From Nitrospirota bacterium (GTDB taxonomy: Bacteria > Nitrospirota > Thermodesulfovibrionia > Thermodesulfovibrionales > Dissulfurispiraceae), in NCBI GenBank assembly GCA_040758355.1, contig JBFLWF010000009.1, positions 1 through 64,000 on the forward strand: a DNA stretch of 64,000 nucleotides, read 5' to 3'. How positions within the stretch are numbered: position 1 is the first letter of the stretch; every line of letters starts with the position of its first letter. The translations under genes and the position numbers were made by a program. The notes beneath the pieces were generated by a model. That model was not told where the DNA came from. It searched no databases and saw only the letters and a program-made list of their open reading frames with translations. Shown piece after piece: positions 43,996 through 56,765 of this stretch.

Positions 43996-44030
43996 ATAAA
44001 GATGGCGGGATAAAATCCCGCCATCTTTAT
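43996..44030. terminator. Bidirectional terminator between tRNA-Asn and hsp20
   Basis: ATAAAGATGGCGGGAT-AAA-ATCCCGCCATCTTTAT. Confidence 0.8.
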
Positions 44031-44034
44031 ATTT

Positions 44035-44499
44035 TTACGATACTTCTATCTTAATTTCCTTCGGCTTTGCCTCTTCCCTCTTTGGAAGTACTATCTCGAG
44101 CACCCCGTTTTTAAAGGATGCCTTTGCCTTTTCGCTGTCAACCTCTGCAGGCAAAGCAATTGTCCTCGTGAAGCTTCCATAGCTTATTTCAGCGGCATAA
44201 TAATCTTCTTCTTTCACCTCTTCTTCCTTCGTTGTCTCCCCTTTCAGGGTGAGGGAGTCCTTGGTTATTGTGAGGTCTATATCTTCCTTAGCAACGCCTG
44301 GAAGCTCTGCCTTCACTACAATTTCGTTTTTCCTGTCATACATCTCGATGTTTGGAACAATCACTCCCATTTCCGGCTTAAGCCAGCCCCTCCTCCTTCT
44401 GGTAATGGGAGAGAAAAACTCCTCGAAGAGCCTGTCCATGTCTTTTCTCATCTCTTCGAGTTCTTTTAATGGGCTCCATTTTACGATTGACATAGCCAA
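44035..44499 (-). CDS. Hsp20/alpha-crystallin small heat-shock protein
   Basis: AELPGV--EDI, YGSF-R-I-LP and A-FKNGVL-I-LPK motifs. Confidence 0.95.
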   Translation of the reverse strand: MAMSIVKWSPLKELEEMRKDMDRLFEEFFSPITRRRRGWLKPEMGVIVPNIEMYDRKNEIVVKAELPGVAKEDIDLTITKDSLTLKGETTKEEEVKEEDYYAAEISYGSFTRTIALPAEVDSEKAKASFKNGVLEIVLPKREEAKPKEIKIEVS

Positions 44500-44535
44500 C
44501 CTCCTAATTTAGCTAAATTCAAGGGTCAAAGACCC

Positions 44536-47178
44536 TTATGACACAGTTTCAGCAACTGCCAACTTGCTGAATACCATTTTGTCATCTGCAAAATCCACTT
44601 CTACCACATCTCCTTCCCTGAATGTGCCGTCAAGTAGCTTCAATGCAAGGGGATTGAGTATCTCCTTCTGAATTGCCCGTTTTAAAGGCCTTGCTCCGTA
44701 AACAGGGTCATATCCTGCCTTTGCAATGAACTCTTTGGCGCCATCGGTAAGGACGATATCAAGCCTCTTTTCGTGGAGATATTTTTTCATCCTGTTTACC
44801 TGAATCTCAACAATCTGCTTAAGCAGTTCCTCGCTCAGAGGATTGAATATTATGGTCTCGTCAATCCTGTTGAGGAATTCCGGCCTGAAGAATGTCTTAA
44901 GGTCCTCCATGACTTTTTCTTTTAATTCCTTTTCATTTTCGCTCCAATGTGAAGGCCTTTTTATCCTCTCCTCTAATATCTCCTGAATATGGGTGCTGCC
45001 GATGTTTGATGTCATTATGACCACGGTATTTCTGAAATCCACAGTGCGTCCATGCCCGTCTGTAAGCCTGCCGTCGTCAAGCAACTGGAGCAGGATGTTG
45101 AAGACCTCCTGATGCGCCTTTTCCACTTCATCGAATAGGATTACGGAATAAGGCCTTCTCCGTACTGCTTCTGTAAGCTGTCCGCCCTCTTCATATCCCA
45201 CATAGCCCGGAGGCGCTCCAACGAGTCTTGACACGGTATGCCGCTCCTGATATTCGGACATGTCGATCCTTATCATTGCAGCCTCATCGTCAAACATAAA
45301 CTCCGCAAGTGCCTTTGCCAGTTCTGTCTTTCCCACGCCTGTAGGCCCGAGGAACAGAAAAGAGCCTATGGGCCTGTTCGGGTCCTGAAGACCTGCCCTT
45401 GCCCTTCTTATGGCATCGGATACTGCAACAATCGCCTTATCCTGACCAACAACCCTGAGCCTCAGCCTGTCCTCCATATGTATGAGCTTCTGCACCTCTG
45501 TCTCCAGCATCCTTGAAACAGGAACACCTGTCCATTTGGATACGACCTCTGCAATGTCCTCTTCATCCACCTCTTCCTTAAGCATCTTCCTTCTCTTCTG
45601 TGTTTCCTGAAGCCTTATATTTTCTCCATCCAGCGCCTTCTGGAGTTCGAGGAGTCGACCGTATCTCAGTTCAGCAGCCTTTGTGAGGTCTCCTTCCCTT
45701 TCTGCCCTTTCAGACTCTGTCTTTGTCTTTTCTATCTGCTCCTTTATATCCCTTATCTTCTGTATCACCTCTTTTTCGCTCAGCCACTGCGCCCTTAATG
45801 AATCCCTTTTTGCCTGAAGTTCTGCCATTTCCCTGCCGAGTTTTTCGAGTTTTTCCTTTGCATCGAGGGAGCCGTCATCCCTCATCAATGCCTGTTTTTC
45901 TATCTCAAGCTGTCTCAATCTCCTCTCTATCTCGTCCAGTTCCACGGGCATGCTGTCTATCTCCATCCTGAGCCTTGCTGCAGACTCGTCAATGAGGTCT
46001 ATGGCCTTATCAGGAAGGAACCTGTCTGTTATGTATCTGTGGGAAAGGACGGCAGCGGCTATAAGGGCGGAGTCCTTTATCTTCACGCCGTGATGCACTT
46101 CGTATTTCTCCTTGAGCCCTCTCAAAATAGAGATGGTATCCTCTACAGAAGGTTCTTTTACATAGACAGGCTGAAACCTCCTCTCAAGGGCAGGGTCTTT
46201 TTCTATGTGCTTTCTATATTCATCAACGGTTGTGGCTCCGATGCATCTCAATTCCCCCCTTGCAAGGGCGGGTTTCAGCATATTGGCTGCATCGACAGCA
46301 CCCTCTGCCGCACCAGCACCAACAAGGGTGTGGAGCTCATCAATGAAGGTTATTATCTTCCCTTCGGACTGTTCTATCTCTTTTAATACTGCTTTTAGTC
46401 TCTCTTCAAATTCTCCTCTGTATTTAGAACCGGCAACGAGACTTCCGATGTCAAGGCCTATCAAACGTTTATCCCGCAATGTTTCGGGCACATCGCCTGC
46501 AATTATCCTCTGTGCAAGTCCTTCTGCTATTGCTGTTTTTCCAACGCCCGGGTCGCCTATAAGCACCGGATTATTCTTTGTCCTTCTCGACAGCACATGA
46601 ATTACCCTTCTTATCTCTTCATCCCTTCCGATTACAGGGTCAAGCTTTCCCTTTTTTGCAAGGTCTGTAAGGTCTTTGGCATATCGTGCAATCGCCTGAT
46701 ATTTTTCTTCGGGATTAGGGTCTGTTACACGGTGAACTCCACGGATCTCCCTCATTGCAGAAAGAATGTTATCAGAATCTGCACCGTATCTCTTAAGGAT
46801 ATCAGATGCCGGGCCATATGCCTTTGAAATGGAAATGAGCAGATGCTCAACGCTTATGAATTCATCTGTTAAATGTGTTGCCTCTTCAAATGCCTTTTCC
46901 AGCACGGTTTTTAGTCTTGGAGCTATATAGATCTGTCCGAGAGGTGTTGCACCGGAGACCTTCGGGAACTTTTCTATTTCCTTATCAATGTCTGTCTTTA
47001 AAGAATTTATGTCTACATTAAGACGCTTGAGTATCTGGTATGCTATTCCCTCTTCGTCCTCAAGGAGCGCATAGAGGAGATGCTCCACATCGAGCTGTTG
47101 ATTGCCCTTTGCCTCTGCAATCCTCTGGGCCTCCTGCAGCGCCTCCTGGCTCTTTACTGTCAATTTATCCAATCTCAT
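44536..47178 (-). CDS. clpB: ATP-dependent chaperone ClpB
   Basis: Two AAA modules ([16 protein letters not shown]), [10 protein letters not shown], coiled-coil M domain, GAPPGYVGY. Confidence 0.97.
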   Translation of the reverse strand: MRLDKLTVKSQEALQEAQRIAEAKGNQQLDVEHLLYALLEDEEGIAYQILKRLNVDINSLKTDIDKEIEKFPKVSGATPLGQIYIAPRLKTVLEKAFEEATHLTDEFISVEHLLISISKAYGPASDILKRYGADSDNILSAMREIRGVHRVTDPNPEEKYQAIARYAKDLTDLAKKGKLDPVIGRDEEIRRVIHVLSRRTKNNPVLIGDPGVGKTAIAEGLAQRIIAGDVPETLRDKRLIGLDIGSLVAGSKYRGEFEERLKAVLKEIEQSEGKIITFIDELHTLVGAGAAEGAVDAANMLKPALARGELRCIGATTVDEYRKHIEKDPALERRFQPVYVKEPSVEDTISILRGLKEKYEVHHGVKIKDSALIAAAVLSHRYITDRFLPDKAIDLIDESAARLRMEIDSMPVELDEIERRLRQLEIEKQALMRDDGSLDAKEKLEKLGREMAELQAKRDSLRAQWLSEKEVIQKIRDIKEQIEKTKTESERAEREGDLTKAAELRYGRLLELQKALDGENIRLQETQKRRKMLKEEVDEEDIAEVVSKWTGVPVSRMLETEVQKLIHMEDRLRLRVVGQDKAIVAVSDAIRRARAGLQDPNRPIGSFLFLGPTGVGKTELAKALAEFMFDDEAAMIRIDMSEYQERHTVSRLVGAPPGYVGYEEGGQLTEAVRRRPYSVILFDEVEKAHQEVFNILLQLLDDGRLTDGHGRTVDFRNTVVIMTSNIGSTHIQEILEERIKRPSHWSENEKELKEKVMEDLKTFFRPEFLNRIDETIIFNPLSEELLKQIVEIQVNRMKKYLHEKRLDIVLTDGAKEFIAKAGYDPVYGARPLKRAIQKEILNPLALKLLDGTFREGDVVEVDFADDKMVFSKLAVAETVS

Positions 47179-47192
47179 GTTTCCTCCGATCA

Positions 47193-47246
47193 TTAAGTCA
47201 TTGAGTAATTTTTTAATAACTTAATTACTTATTTACTCAATGACTA
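47193..47246. repeat. Palindrome of 8-bp tandem units
   Basis: ttaagtca ttgagtaa / taacttaa ttacttat ttactcaa tgact in the hspR-clpB spacer; shares TAAGTCATTGAGTAATT with 20977. Confidence 0.65.
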
Positions 47247-47597
47247 TTCTTCTGAGAATATCCTTCTTAATTTCTCTTCGAAATGACGTCTTATGTCTTC
47301 TTCCATGAAACGCATCATTTCCCGCATCTCTTCCTGCATTGACTGCATCCTGTTCCGCATCCGAAGGATTATGTCCACACCCGCCTTATTAACTCCGAGC
47401 TCTTTTGTTAGTTTTATAACAAGATTTAACCTCTCTATATCATCATCAGAATAGAGTCTCTGCTTGTTTACTCTATGGGGCTGGACAAACCCCTCCCTCT
47501 CGTACATCCGCAATGTCTGGGGATGCACTTCAAGGATCCTTGAAACTACGCTTATCATATATACAGGGCTGCTCTTATCCTGCCTTCTTCTAACCAT
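47244..47597 (-). CDS. hspR: HspR-like MerR-family heat-shock repressor
   Basis: Y-ISVV---L-VHPQTLR-YEREG, RLYS--DI and LT-ELGVN-AGV motifs; lies between dnaJ and clpB. Confidence 0.88.
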   Translation of the reverse strand: MVRRRQDKSSPVYMISVVSRILEVHPQTLRMYEREGFVQPHRVNKQRLYSDDDIERLNLVIKLTKELGVNKAGVDIILRMRNRMQSMQEEMREMMRFMEEDIRRHFEEKLRRIFSEE

Positions 47598-47598
47598 T

Positions 47599-48672
47599 TT
47601 ATTGCCTCCTCATCCCCTTTCGCGGGCTTTCTTTATAAAGGGCCTCTATTTTATTTATTGCCTCTTTTGCGCTCTCAGGAATATCCTTTGGAACCACTAT
47701 CTTTATATCTACATATTCATCGCCTCTGTGTTTTGTTTTGGGAGAGACGAATCCCTTTCCTGAAAGCTTGAATCGCTGCCCTCCCTGTGTACCAGGCGGA
47801 AGCTTCATGGCAGCAGTGCCGTCTATTGTCGGCACCTCTATCTTTGCACCAAATGCTGCCTCCCCAAATGTTACAGGCAACTGCACATAAATATCATCGC
47901 CCTTACGTTTAAATACAGGATGCGGTTTTATGGTTATTTCGAGCAGCAGGTCGCCTGCCGGCCCTCCCCCTATGCCTGCATTGCCCATGCCTTTTAGTTT
48001 TACGATAGAACCGTCGTCAACGCCGGCAGGAATTTTTACTTTTAAGGGTTCTGTGTATACAGTTTTGCCTCTTCCTCCGCATTTCTTGCATACGGATGTA
48101 ATCTTTCTTCCCGAGCCGTGGCATTCAGGGCATGTCTGGGCGATCTTGAAAAAGCCCTTTGATGTCTGGATTTTTCCTGTCCCCCTGCACGCAGGGCATG
48201 TTTGAGAAGATTCAGCGCCCGTGCTATTACATGCATCGCAATTAATAGTGCGCGTAATGCTTATTGGTCTGGTTACTCCAGTGAATGCATCCTCGAGGGT
48301 GAGTTCAATGCCCATGAGGATGTCTTCGCCCCTGGCATAATGCTCTGCTGCCCTGAATCTCGTGCCAAATATATCTCCGAATATATCGCCGAAGTCAAAG
48401 GTTTCTTCAAATCCAGGCCACTTGAATCCTTCAAATCCTGGAAACTCATAAGCGGTTCCTGCCCTATCGTATTCTGCACGCTTTTGTGGGTCGCCGAGCA
48501 CAGCGTATGCCTCGTTTATCTCCTTGAATTTCTCCTCGGCAGTCTTGTCTCCGGGATTCAGGTCAGGATGATACTTCCGCGCAAGCTTTCTGAAAGCCTT
48601 TTTAATCTCATCCTGAGATACATCCTTACCTACGCCGAGTATCTGGTAATAGTCTTTTACTGTTGTGGGCAT
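47599..48672 (-). CDS. dnaJ: Chaperone DnaJ
   Basis: J domain with HPD, G/F region, four CxxCxxxG zinc-finger repeats. Confidence 0.93.
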   Translation of the reverse strand: MPTTVKDYYQILGVGKDVSQDEIKKAFRKLARKYHPDLNPGDKTAEEKFKEINEAYAVLGDPQKRAEYDRAGTAYEFPGFEGFKWPGFEETFDFGDIFGDIFGTRFRAAEHYARGEDILMGIELTLEDAFTGVTRPISITRTINCDACNSTGAESSQTCPACRGTGKIQTSKGFFKIAQTCPECHGSGRKITSVCKKCGGRGKTVYTEPLKVKIPAGVDDGSIVKLKGMGNAGIGGGPAGDLLLEITIKPHPVFKRKGDDIYVQLPVTFGEAAFGAKIEVPTIDGTAAMKLPPGTQGGQRFKLSGKGFVSPKTKHRGDEYVDIKIVVPKDIPESAKEAINKIEALYKESPRKGMRRQ

Positions 48673-48694
48673 CTTCTTACCTCTATTTGCTCAT

Positions 48695-48724
48695 ATAATA
48701 ATACTTTAGTCATAGCTTGTCAAG
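48695..48724 (-). promoter_or_regulatory. Heat-shock operon promoter overlapped by a HAIR-like HspR operator
   Basis: Minus strand CTTGACA-AGCTATG-ACTAAAG (HAIR consensus CTTGAGT-N7-ACTCAAG); TTGACA, 17 bp spacer, TATTAT. Confidence 0.65.
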
Positions 48725-48853
48725 TATTTTTATCCGATTGCAGTCCGCAAAGAAACTTTCTAATGCACAAATTGAGCGATTCTTAGCATAAATATATGTC
48801 AGCACACCAGCTGCCACATGTCTCAAGCAAATTCGGTTTTATTTGATTGCAGT

Positions 48854-49573
48854 CTATTTGCCCACAAGGACTGCCTTGACAGAGCCAAGCTGTACTTTGG
48901 TTTTCAGCAGCACCGGCGTTCTCTTTTTATCATCGGTAAGCCAGATCAGGATGTCCCCTTTTCTGTAAAAGATGCCCTCTGATTTTATGATGGGTTTTAT
49001 GAGGATGGTTTTGAATGTGCCGAGGGGTGTCTCAACAGTCTCTTTATTTAAGACCTGTACCTCAACCTTATATAATTTTTTGCTATCGAATACTTCAATA
49101 AAAACCGATTTGCCCACTTCCAAAGGAAGCCTTCTGACATAATAAAGGCATGAGAGGGGATCGAGGGTTGAATCGTTTATGTCATAACTTGTTGTTTCAT
49201 TGTTGAGATGGTTTATGTATTTGGCCTTTTTTGCTGCATGGTCAAAGATGATCTCCTTATCCCTCCTGTATTTCCCTTCCCTGAGCTTTATCCTGTAGTT
49301 TTGAGGAATTCCGACAAAATTCTGGGATCGCTCTTTCTTCAGGGTACTGACCACAGTATCCTCCACCTTATAGAAAATGGATACCCAATTTGCCGAGTTT
49401 GCCTTTGATATGAATTGTACGTCAGCGCCGTTGTCTTTTGCCTCAAGGATAGATTCCCCTGCTTTTATTCCTGCCCATGTGAGGTCATACTGGAGCTTCT
49501 CAGGAATATCAAAAGCAAAGGCATCAGCAGAGATATGCATGGCGAATACAAAAAGCAAGAATTTAAATTTCAT
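48854..49573 (-). CDS. DUF3108-like exported protein
   Basis: Signal peptide; E-L-Y---W-GI-AG, DPLS--Y--R and IWLTDD--R-PV patterns. Confidence 0.75.
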   Translation of the reverse strand: MKFKFLLFVFAMHISADAFAFDIPEKLQYDLTWAGIKAGESILEAKDNGADVQFISKANSANWVSIFYKVEDTVVSTLKKERSQNFVGIPQNYRIKLREGKYRRDKEIIFDHAAKKAKYINHLNNETTSYDINDSTLDPLSCLYYVRRLPLEVGKSVFIEVFDSKKLYKVEVQVLNKETVETPLGTFKTILIKPIIKSEGIFYRKGDILIWLTDDKKRTPVLLKTKVQLGSVKAVLVGK

Positions 49574-49610
49574 ATTTCATTTCCTGAAACACTTTTTGTT
49601 ATATTACCCT

Positions 49611-50336
49611 ATGATTGTAATTCCTGCAATAGATTTAAAGGATGGCCTCTGTGTAAGGCTCCTTCAGGGAAAGAAGGAGGATGCCACAGTTTATTCCGAT
49701 GACCCTGCATCAACCGCTCAAAGATGGGAGTCATGCGGCGCAAGACTCCTCCATGTTGTTGACCTTGACGGCGCATTTACTGGCAATCAAAAAAATATAG
49801 AGAGCATTTGCAGAATCAGGGAAGCAGTGAAAATGGATATAGAAGTGGGCGGAGGAATAAGGGATATAGAGAGGATTGATCTGCTTATATCCATTGGAAT
49901 CAACAGGGTGATTCTGGGCACTGTTGCCATAGAAAAACCAGAGCTTGTAAAAGAGGCATGTAAAAAATATCCCGGCAGGGTGCTTGTGGGGATCGATGCA
50001 AAAAGCGGTTTTGTCGCTGTAAAGGGCTGGGTGGAGGTGACCCATATTGAGGCAAAGGAGCTTGCGTTAAAAATGCAAGATTACGGAGCTTCAGGAATCA
50101 TCTATACCGATATTTCTAAGGACGGGATGATGACCGGGCCGAATATCGAGGCAACACGTGAAATGGTGGAGACTCTAAATATCCCGATTATAGCATCTGG
50201 AGGAGTATCCTCAATCAATGACATAAAAAATTTAATGACAATAAAAAATCTCTGGGGAGCAATCACAGGGAAGGCAATATATTCCGGTGCAATTGATTTA
50301 AACGAAGCAATAAAATTAACCGAGGGGCGTTCTTAA
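49611..50336 (+). CDS. hisA: ProFAR isomerase HisA
   Basis: [29 protein letters not shown] and TDI-KDG motifs; start is ATG 49611, not 49377. Confidence 0.95.
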   Translation: MIVIPAIDLKDGLCVRLLQGKKEDATVYSDDPASTAQRWESCGARLLHVVDLDGAFTGNQKNIESICRIREAVKMDIEVGGGIRDIERIDLLISIGINRVILGTVAIEKPELVKEACKKYPGRVLVGIDAKSGFVAVKGWVEVTHIEAKELALKMQDYGASGIIYTDISKDGMMTGPNIEATREMVETLNIPIIASGGVSSINDIKNLMTIKNLWGAITGKAIYSGAIDLNEAIKLTEGRS

Positions 50337-50337
50337 G

Positions 50338-51201
50338 ATGCTTGCAAAAAGAATAATACCATGTCTTGATGTGAAGGATGGAAGGGTTGTGAAAGGTGTG
50401 AAGTTTGTCGAAATCAGGGATGCAGGAGACCCTGTTGATAATGCTATATTCTATGACGAACAGGGCGCTGATGAGCTTGTATTCCTCGATATAACTGCAT
50501 CTCACGAAAAGAGAAAGATTATCCTCGATGTTGTGGAAAGAACAGCAACAGATGTATTCATGCCATTGACTGTGGGTGGAGGCATAAAGACACTGGATGA
50601 CATAAGAGACCTGCTTAATGCAGGATGCGACAAGGTTTCGATAAATACTACTGCTGTGAATAATCCTGATTTTATAAGACAGGCTGCAGAGAGATTTGGA
50701 AGCCAGTGCATTGTTGTTGCAATCGATGCAAAGAGAGTTCATGATTCGAGATTCGAGATCAGGAATCCTGACGAAGTTCCCGATTGGCTAAGATCGTCAG
50801 AAGAACTCAGTGAGAGGTTACTAATTACGCCTCACGCCTCACGCCTTACGAGTCTATGGGAGGTCTTTACCCACGGAGGAAGAAAGCCAAAGAGCATGAA
50901 TGCTGTTGAATGGGCAAAATACATGGAGGAGCTTGGCGCAGGAGAAATCCTTCTTACGAGCATGGACAGGGATGGCACAAAGGATGGATATGATTTAGAG
51001 CTTACGAGGGCTGTATCTGAGGCGGTATCTATACCTGTAATCGCATCCGGAGGCGTTGGAAATCTTGAGCACCTGTATGAGGGCATTGTTACAGGCAAGG
51101 CAGATGCTGTTTTGGCAGCATCAATATTTCACTACAGGGAATATACAATTAGAGAGGCGAAGGAGTATCTTAAGACAAAGGGAGTGCCTGTCAGGCTGTA
51201 A
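50338..51201 (+). CDS. hisF: Imidazole glycerol phosphate synthase cyclase HisF with a ~35-aa insertion
   Basis: [38 protein letters not shown] and LAASIFH motifs. Confidence 0.96.
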   Translation: MLAKRIIPCLDVKDGRVVKGVKFVEIRDAGDPVDNAIFYDEQGADELVFLDITASHEKRKIILDVVERTATDVFMPLTVGGGIKTLDDIRDLLNAGCDKVSINTTAVNNPDFIRQAAERFGSQCIVVAIDAKRVHDSRFEIRNPDEVPDWLRSSEELSERLLITPHASRLTSLWEVFTHGGRKPKSMNAVEWAKYMEELGAGEILLTSMDRDGTKDGYDLELTRAVSEAVSIPVIASGGVGNLEHLYEGIVTGKADAVLAASIFHYREYTIREAKEYLKTKGVPVRL

Positions 51202-52225
51202 CTTCTTTAAGAGTCTGTATCCTGAAATGATCAAGAATGCCGTTTGTGGCAGGAGTCGCCTGAATCTTAATTTCCGAGCCTTTTCCAAGCACTGTAACTT
51301 CAACAATAGGCAGTCTCTTTGCATCGGAATACCTTGCACATATCGATGCAGCCAATTTTAAATCCTCATCGGTTGGGTCACCATCTGCATTGGCGCAAAC
51401 AATTGTTAAAGGGCTTCCAAATCCATCCACCCATAATAGATAATCGTCAGCATCTGCCAATGACTGGATTGTGTTATTCTCGTTCTCGTCCCTTCCGACA
51501 ATTATCCTGCACTCATCAGAAATTCTGAAGTGGCGGCCAATTCTTAAGAGATTTATATCCTTTACAGAAGGTGATGGATTGTGGGTCAGCAATTCTTTTA
51601 AACGATAAGAATATAAGGGGTCTGTAAGCAGACAGCCGCCTGCTGGTGCTGGATATTCTGTCAATCCCATTTCCTTTGCCAAGGCCATCTGCGGTTTTCT
51701 CGACCTTCCGTGAAAGTTACAAAGCATTTCTCTGTTTACAACGCCCATCTGTTCGGGAGTGGTTGGTTTTAAAAGCTTTGCGCTTAGAGGTCTTAATACA
51801 TAACCCTCCAAGCCTGCCTCTCTGTCTATCTTCGGGAATGTATCTCTCCTCTGGCTCATGGGCCGTTGGTAGAGCACTTCTCCTGTTATGATAAAATCAG
51901 CTCCGGTCATTTTCATAAATTCCTTTGCCTCTCTAAGCATCAATATTCTGCAGTCAATGCACGGGTTCATGTTCTTGCCGTGTCCGAATTTAGGATTTTT
52001 CACAATCTCTATGAATTTGTCCGATAGATGGCAGAGCTTTACCTCGAAGCCGAACTTTTCAGAGGCTGCAAAGGGATTCTTTGAACAAGATGATTTATCA
52101 GAGATGTCGCAGCCGAAATGTGTAAGGAATGTGATTGCAGTGACCTCTATCCCCTGCCTCATTGCAACGAGTATGGCAAGGGTGCTGTCAAGACCTCCTG
52201 AATATAGTGCAATTGCTTTAGGCAT
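51191..52225 (-). CDS. PP-loop tRNA thiolation-type protein (ThiI/MnmA-like, DUF814-type C-terminus)
   Basis: SGGLDS PP-loop, NPCIDC, TGEV--QRPMSQ and PAGGCLL motifs. Confidence 0.75.
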   Translation of the reverse strand: MPKAIALYSGGLDSTLAILVAMRQGIEVTAITFLTHFGCDISDKSSCSKNPFAASEKFGFEVKLCHLSDKFIEIVKNPKFGHGKNMNPCIDCRILMLREAKEFMKMTGADFIITGEVLYQRPMSQRRDTFPKIDREAGLEGYVLRPLSAKLLKPTTPEQMGVVNREMLCNFHGRSRKPQMALAKEMGLTEYPAPAGGCLLTDPLYSYRLKELLTHNPSPSVKDINLLRIGRHFRISDECRIIVGRDENENNTIQSLADADDYLLWVDGFGSPLTIVCANADGDPTDEDLKLAASICARYSDAKRLPIVEVTVLGKGSEIKIQATPATNGILDHFRIQTLKEVTA

Positions 52226-52238
52226 ATTTGTGTACTTC

Positions 52239-53216
52239 TTATTCCTGCAGAGAGATTATAAGTCTTTCCGGAGTTACTACTGCGGTTCCAACTTCTCCCA
52301 CAACTATTCCGGCTGCGTGGTTTGCTATTACTGCTGCCTCTTCGAGGGATGCTCCGGCAGCATGGGCAAGGGTAATGGTTGCGATTACCGTATCTCCTGC
52401 GCCTGTAACATCAAATACCTTTTTTGCTACAGTTGGAATGTGGGTCACCTTAAATTTTTTTAATGCATCCCTTTCGAACAGACTCATGCCATCCTCGCTG
52501 CGTGTTATAAGTACAGACTTGCAGGATAATTTGGTCATCAATGTCTTTCCTGCCTTTAAAAGGCTCTGCTCGTCCTTTATCTCAACACCTGAGCCCTGCG
52601 ATGCCTCCATAAGGTTTGGGGTTATCAGCGATACGTTTTTATAAAAATGGAAATGCCCCACCTTTGGGTCTACTGCAACAAATGTATTATTAGGTCTTGC
52701 GTATTTTACTACTGTTTTTATGAGGGATGAGGATATAACGCCCTTTTTATAGTCCGAAATAATTACCGCATCGTGATCCTTTAAAGCCTTTTTAATATAG
52801 TCTGCAAGATTTATGAGATTCTTACCCTCGAGCCTTTTCCTGTCTTCCCTGTCAAATCTCACCACCTGCTGGTGATGGGCAATAACCCTTGTTTTCACTG
52901 TGGTCGGCCGCTTGTCCTCGATCATTCCCTCTGTGTTTATGTTCCTTTCTTCAAACAACTCCTTCAGGATCCTTCCTGCCGTGTCTTTTCCAACTATTCC
53001 TGCAATGGATACCTTTCCGCCAAGCGCTATAATATTGTTTGCGACATTTGCAGCGCCGCCGAGGAGGAACGATTCGCTCACCACATCAACCACGGGTACA
53101 GGAGCTTCAGGGGAAATCCTGTTCACCTTCCCGTAGATGAAACGGTCGAGGATCAGGTCTCCGATGATTAATATTTTTTTGTTTCTGAAGGAATTGATGA
53201 TCTGAGTAAAGCCCAT
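52239..53216 (-). CDS. rfaE1: D-glycero-beta-D-manno-heptose-7-phosphate kinase
   Basis: RISPEAPVPVV, GGAANVA, SDY-KG, DPK and DVTGAGDTV motifs. Confidence 0.92.
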   Translation of the reverse strand: MGFTQIINSFRNKKILIIGDLILDRFIYGKVNRISPEAPVPVVDVVSESFLLGGAANVANNIIALGGKVSIAGIVGKDTAGRILKELFEERNINTEGMIEDKRPTTVKTRVIAHHQQVVRFDREDRKRLEGKNLINLADYIKKALKDHDAVIISDYKKGVISSSLIKTVVKYARPNNTFVAVDPKVGHFHFYKNVSLITPNLMEASQGSGVEIKDEQSLLKAGKTLMTKLSCKSVLITRSEDGMSLFERDALKKFKVTHIPTVAKKVFDVTGAGDTVIATITLAHAAGASLEEAAVIANHAAGIVVGEVGTAVVTPERLIISLQE

Positions 53217-53308
53217 TATTGGAAAATAACCTACAGAAGGCAAAAAAATCAAATGAGATTTGACATTTTATATGGATATTATTTAAAGTTAAAAAATTTG
53301 GGAGGCGT

Positions 53309-53935
53309 ATGGAACACTCGGCAATTCAATTAATCCTTCAGGCAGGAGTTATAGTAAAAATAGTCCTTGCAATCCTTCTCTTCTTCTCTGTCGTGTCATG
53401 GACGATAATTTTCCAGAAGTGGCGCCACTTTACCAATGCTGACAAGGAAACATACAATTTCCTGAGAATATACGAGGCAACACAGAACCCGAAGGACCTC
53501 TTTTCATCTTCAAAGAAATTCTCTGTGAGCCCGCTGGCAAATTTATTCAGGTCTGTTTATTCGGAGAAGACCTATACAGACAGGGATGAGCTCAAGAGAA
53601 TGCTCAAAAGATACAGCGCCCTTGAGTCAGCAAGACTCGAAAGGTATCTGAACTTCCTTGCTACAACTGGATCCTCAACACCGTTCATCGGCCTTTTCGG
53701 AACTGTTTGGGGCATAATGAATTCCTTCAGGGGGATCGGCGCTGCCGGATCAGCATCCCTCGCAGTGGTTGCACCGGGCATTGCAGAGGCGCTAATAGCA
53801 ACTGCCATAGGTCTTGCTGCTGCCATACCGGCGGTCATCGCATATAACTACTACCTCAGCAGGGCGAACCGGATGATAATAGAGATGGAAGACTTTTCAG
53901 CAGAGCTTGTAGATTATATCCTGAAGAGCTGGTAA
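53309..53935 (+). CDS. tolQ: TolQ
   Basis: LAT-GS-TPFIGLFGTVWGIM and APGIAEAL-ATA-GL motifs. Confidence 0.93.
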   Translation: MEHSAIQLILQAGVIVKIVLAILLFFSVVSWTIIFQKWRHFTNADKETYNFLRIYEATQNPKDLFSSSKKFSVSPLANLFRSVYSEKTYTDRDELKRMLKRYSALESARLERYLNFLATTGSSTPFIGLFGTVWGIMNSFRGIGAAGSASLAVVAPGIAEALIATAIGLAAAIPAVIAYNYYLSRANRMIIEMEDFSAELVDYILKSW

Positions 53936-54342
53936 TGGCATCCAGACCTGCAAGACATAGGACAGTCCTTTCCGAGATAAATGTTACCCCCCTTGTTGAC
54001 GTAATGCTTGTTCTTCTTGTCATATTCATGGTCACTGCTCCGCTGCTCCAGCAGGGCGTTGATGTGAACCTTCCAAAGGCAAAGGGAAAGGATCTGCCTC
54101 CGGAGGAAAGGATTACCATTGTTATAAAAAGGGGCGGGAACATTTTTATGAATGACAATCCCGTATCTATGAACGATATGGTAAAAAAACTCTCTGCAAT
54201 AAGCAAGCTCAATCCGAATGTCTTTCTTAAGGCAGACAAGGACGTGCCTTATGGATTGGTGGTCGAGGTCATGGGAGAGATAAAGGAGGCAGGGATAGAG
54301 AAATTAGGCATGATAACCGAGCCTAAGATTGCCCTGCCATAA
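53935..54342 (+). CDS. tolR: TolR
   Basis: EINVTPLVDVMLVLL-IFM and AD--VPYG motifs. Confidence 0.93.
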   Translation: MASRPARHRTVLSEINVTPLVDVMLVLLVIFMVTAPLLQQGVDVNLPKAKGKDLPPEERITIVIKRGGNIFMNDNPVSMNDMVKKLSAISKLNPNVFLKADKDVPYGLVVEVMGEIKEAGIEKLGMITEPKIALP

Positions 54343-54351
54343 TTTTGGGCC

Positions 54352-55046
54352 ATGAAGACTTCAGGCATTTATAGTGCCTTTACCTTTTCCGTTTTTCTAC
54401 ATGTCTTGATAGTTGCTGCTGCATTTGTTATTGCAAGACATTCGAGTTTATACAAAATACCCTCGGCATATATAGTAACAATCGTGGACAGCGCAGCAGT
54501 CAGCAGTCAGCAGTCAGCAGTCAGCAGTCAGCCCCCCGAAGCAGAAGTCCGGGATTCGAAGCCTCAAGATGTAAAACCTAAAACTCAAAGCATGGATGCA
54601 TCACCTAAATTAAAAGACATTTCAAAAAAGGATGAAATGACAGTTAAAGAACGGATAGAGGCGCTTCAGGCCAAGAAAAGGATAGAAAAATTGGCAGCGC
54701 TCAGGAAAATGGTGGATATCGGAGGACAGAAAAGCCTTCCTCAAGGTAAAACAGGAGGGGCACTACAGGGCAGCAACAAACAAGAAGTAACTACAGGCAG
54801 CGGCGACTATTATTCGATGGTTATAAATAAAATAAGGCAACAGTGGATATTCCCTGAAAGCATTGACAGGGATTTGCTTGCAATAATCACAATCAAAATA
54901 GCAAGGGATGGAAGCGTGACAATTGGCAGAATGGAACAAAGCTCAGGCAATGCGCTGTTTGACCGTTCTGCATTAAGGGCAATAAGCAAGGCAAGTCCAT
55001 TACCGCCTCCGCCGCAGGAGATGGAGATGGGAGTAAGGTTCAGGCC

Positions 55047-55050
<4 letters not shown>
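54352..55050 (+). CDS. tolA: TolA/TonB-like protein with a (CAGCAGT)5 insertion
   Basis: S---H TM motif; C-terminal SSGN-LFD-SA-RAI...P-PP; lies between tolR and tolB. Confidence 0.82.
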
Positions 55051-56405
<1,355 letters not shown>

Positions 56406-56424
56406 GCAAGGTATTTCTTGATGT

Positions 56425-56709
56425 TTAGCAGCCTTCTGCCTTTCTAAAATCCGTGGCTACATTCTTTCCGCCTTTGCTTTCGTATTTGCCTTTGACCTTA
56501 TCGCCAACGCTGTATTTGCTAAGCTTTCCTTTGTCTTCCAGTGTTAGTGTTACGTCTTTGCCATCGCTGTCTGTGACAACGACCGTACCGGCGCCGGAGT
56601 CTATGTTCTTGATCGTGCCTTTGATTTTTTCTGCTGCAATTGCAAGCCCTATAAGCATTGCAATGCACAGGATCGTCCCTAAAAGAACCGTTACTGTTTT
56701 TGATCTCAT
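56425..56709 (-). CDS. Small exported beta-rich (OB-like) protein ending in EGC
   Basis: Signal peptide (AIA-A); GTIKNID---GTVVV...VGDKV---Y pattern; C-terminal Cys. Confidence 0.75.
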   Translation of the reverse strand: MRSKTVTVLLGTILCIAMLIGLAIAAEKIKGTIKNIDSGAGTVVVTDSDGKDVTLTLEDKGKLSKYSVGDKVKGKYESKGGKNVATDFRKAEGC

Positions 56710-56765
56710 TTGCTACCCCCTGTGAACTGCGATTTAAACTTCAGGGGCAAAGCCCCAACTCTGTT

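Noticed and set aside
48736..48854. 10-bp direct repeat GATTGCAGTC flanking ~100 bp
   Set aside because: Could be an insertion scar, but there are no terminal inverted repeats or coding remnant, and chance cannot be excluded.
49377..49610. N-terminal extension of hisA in the ORF track
   Set aside because: It overlaps the DUF3108-like gene on the opposite strand; the HisA motif starts at ATG 49611.
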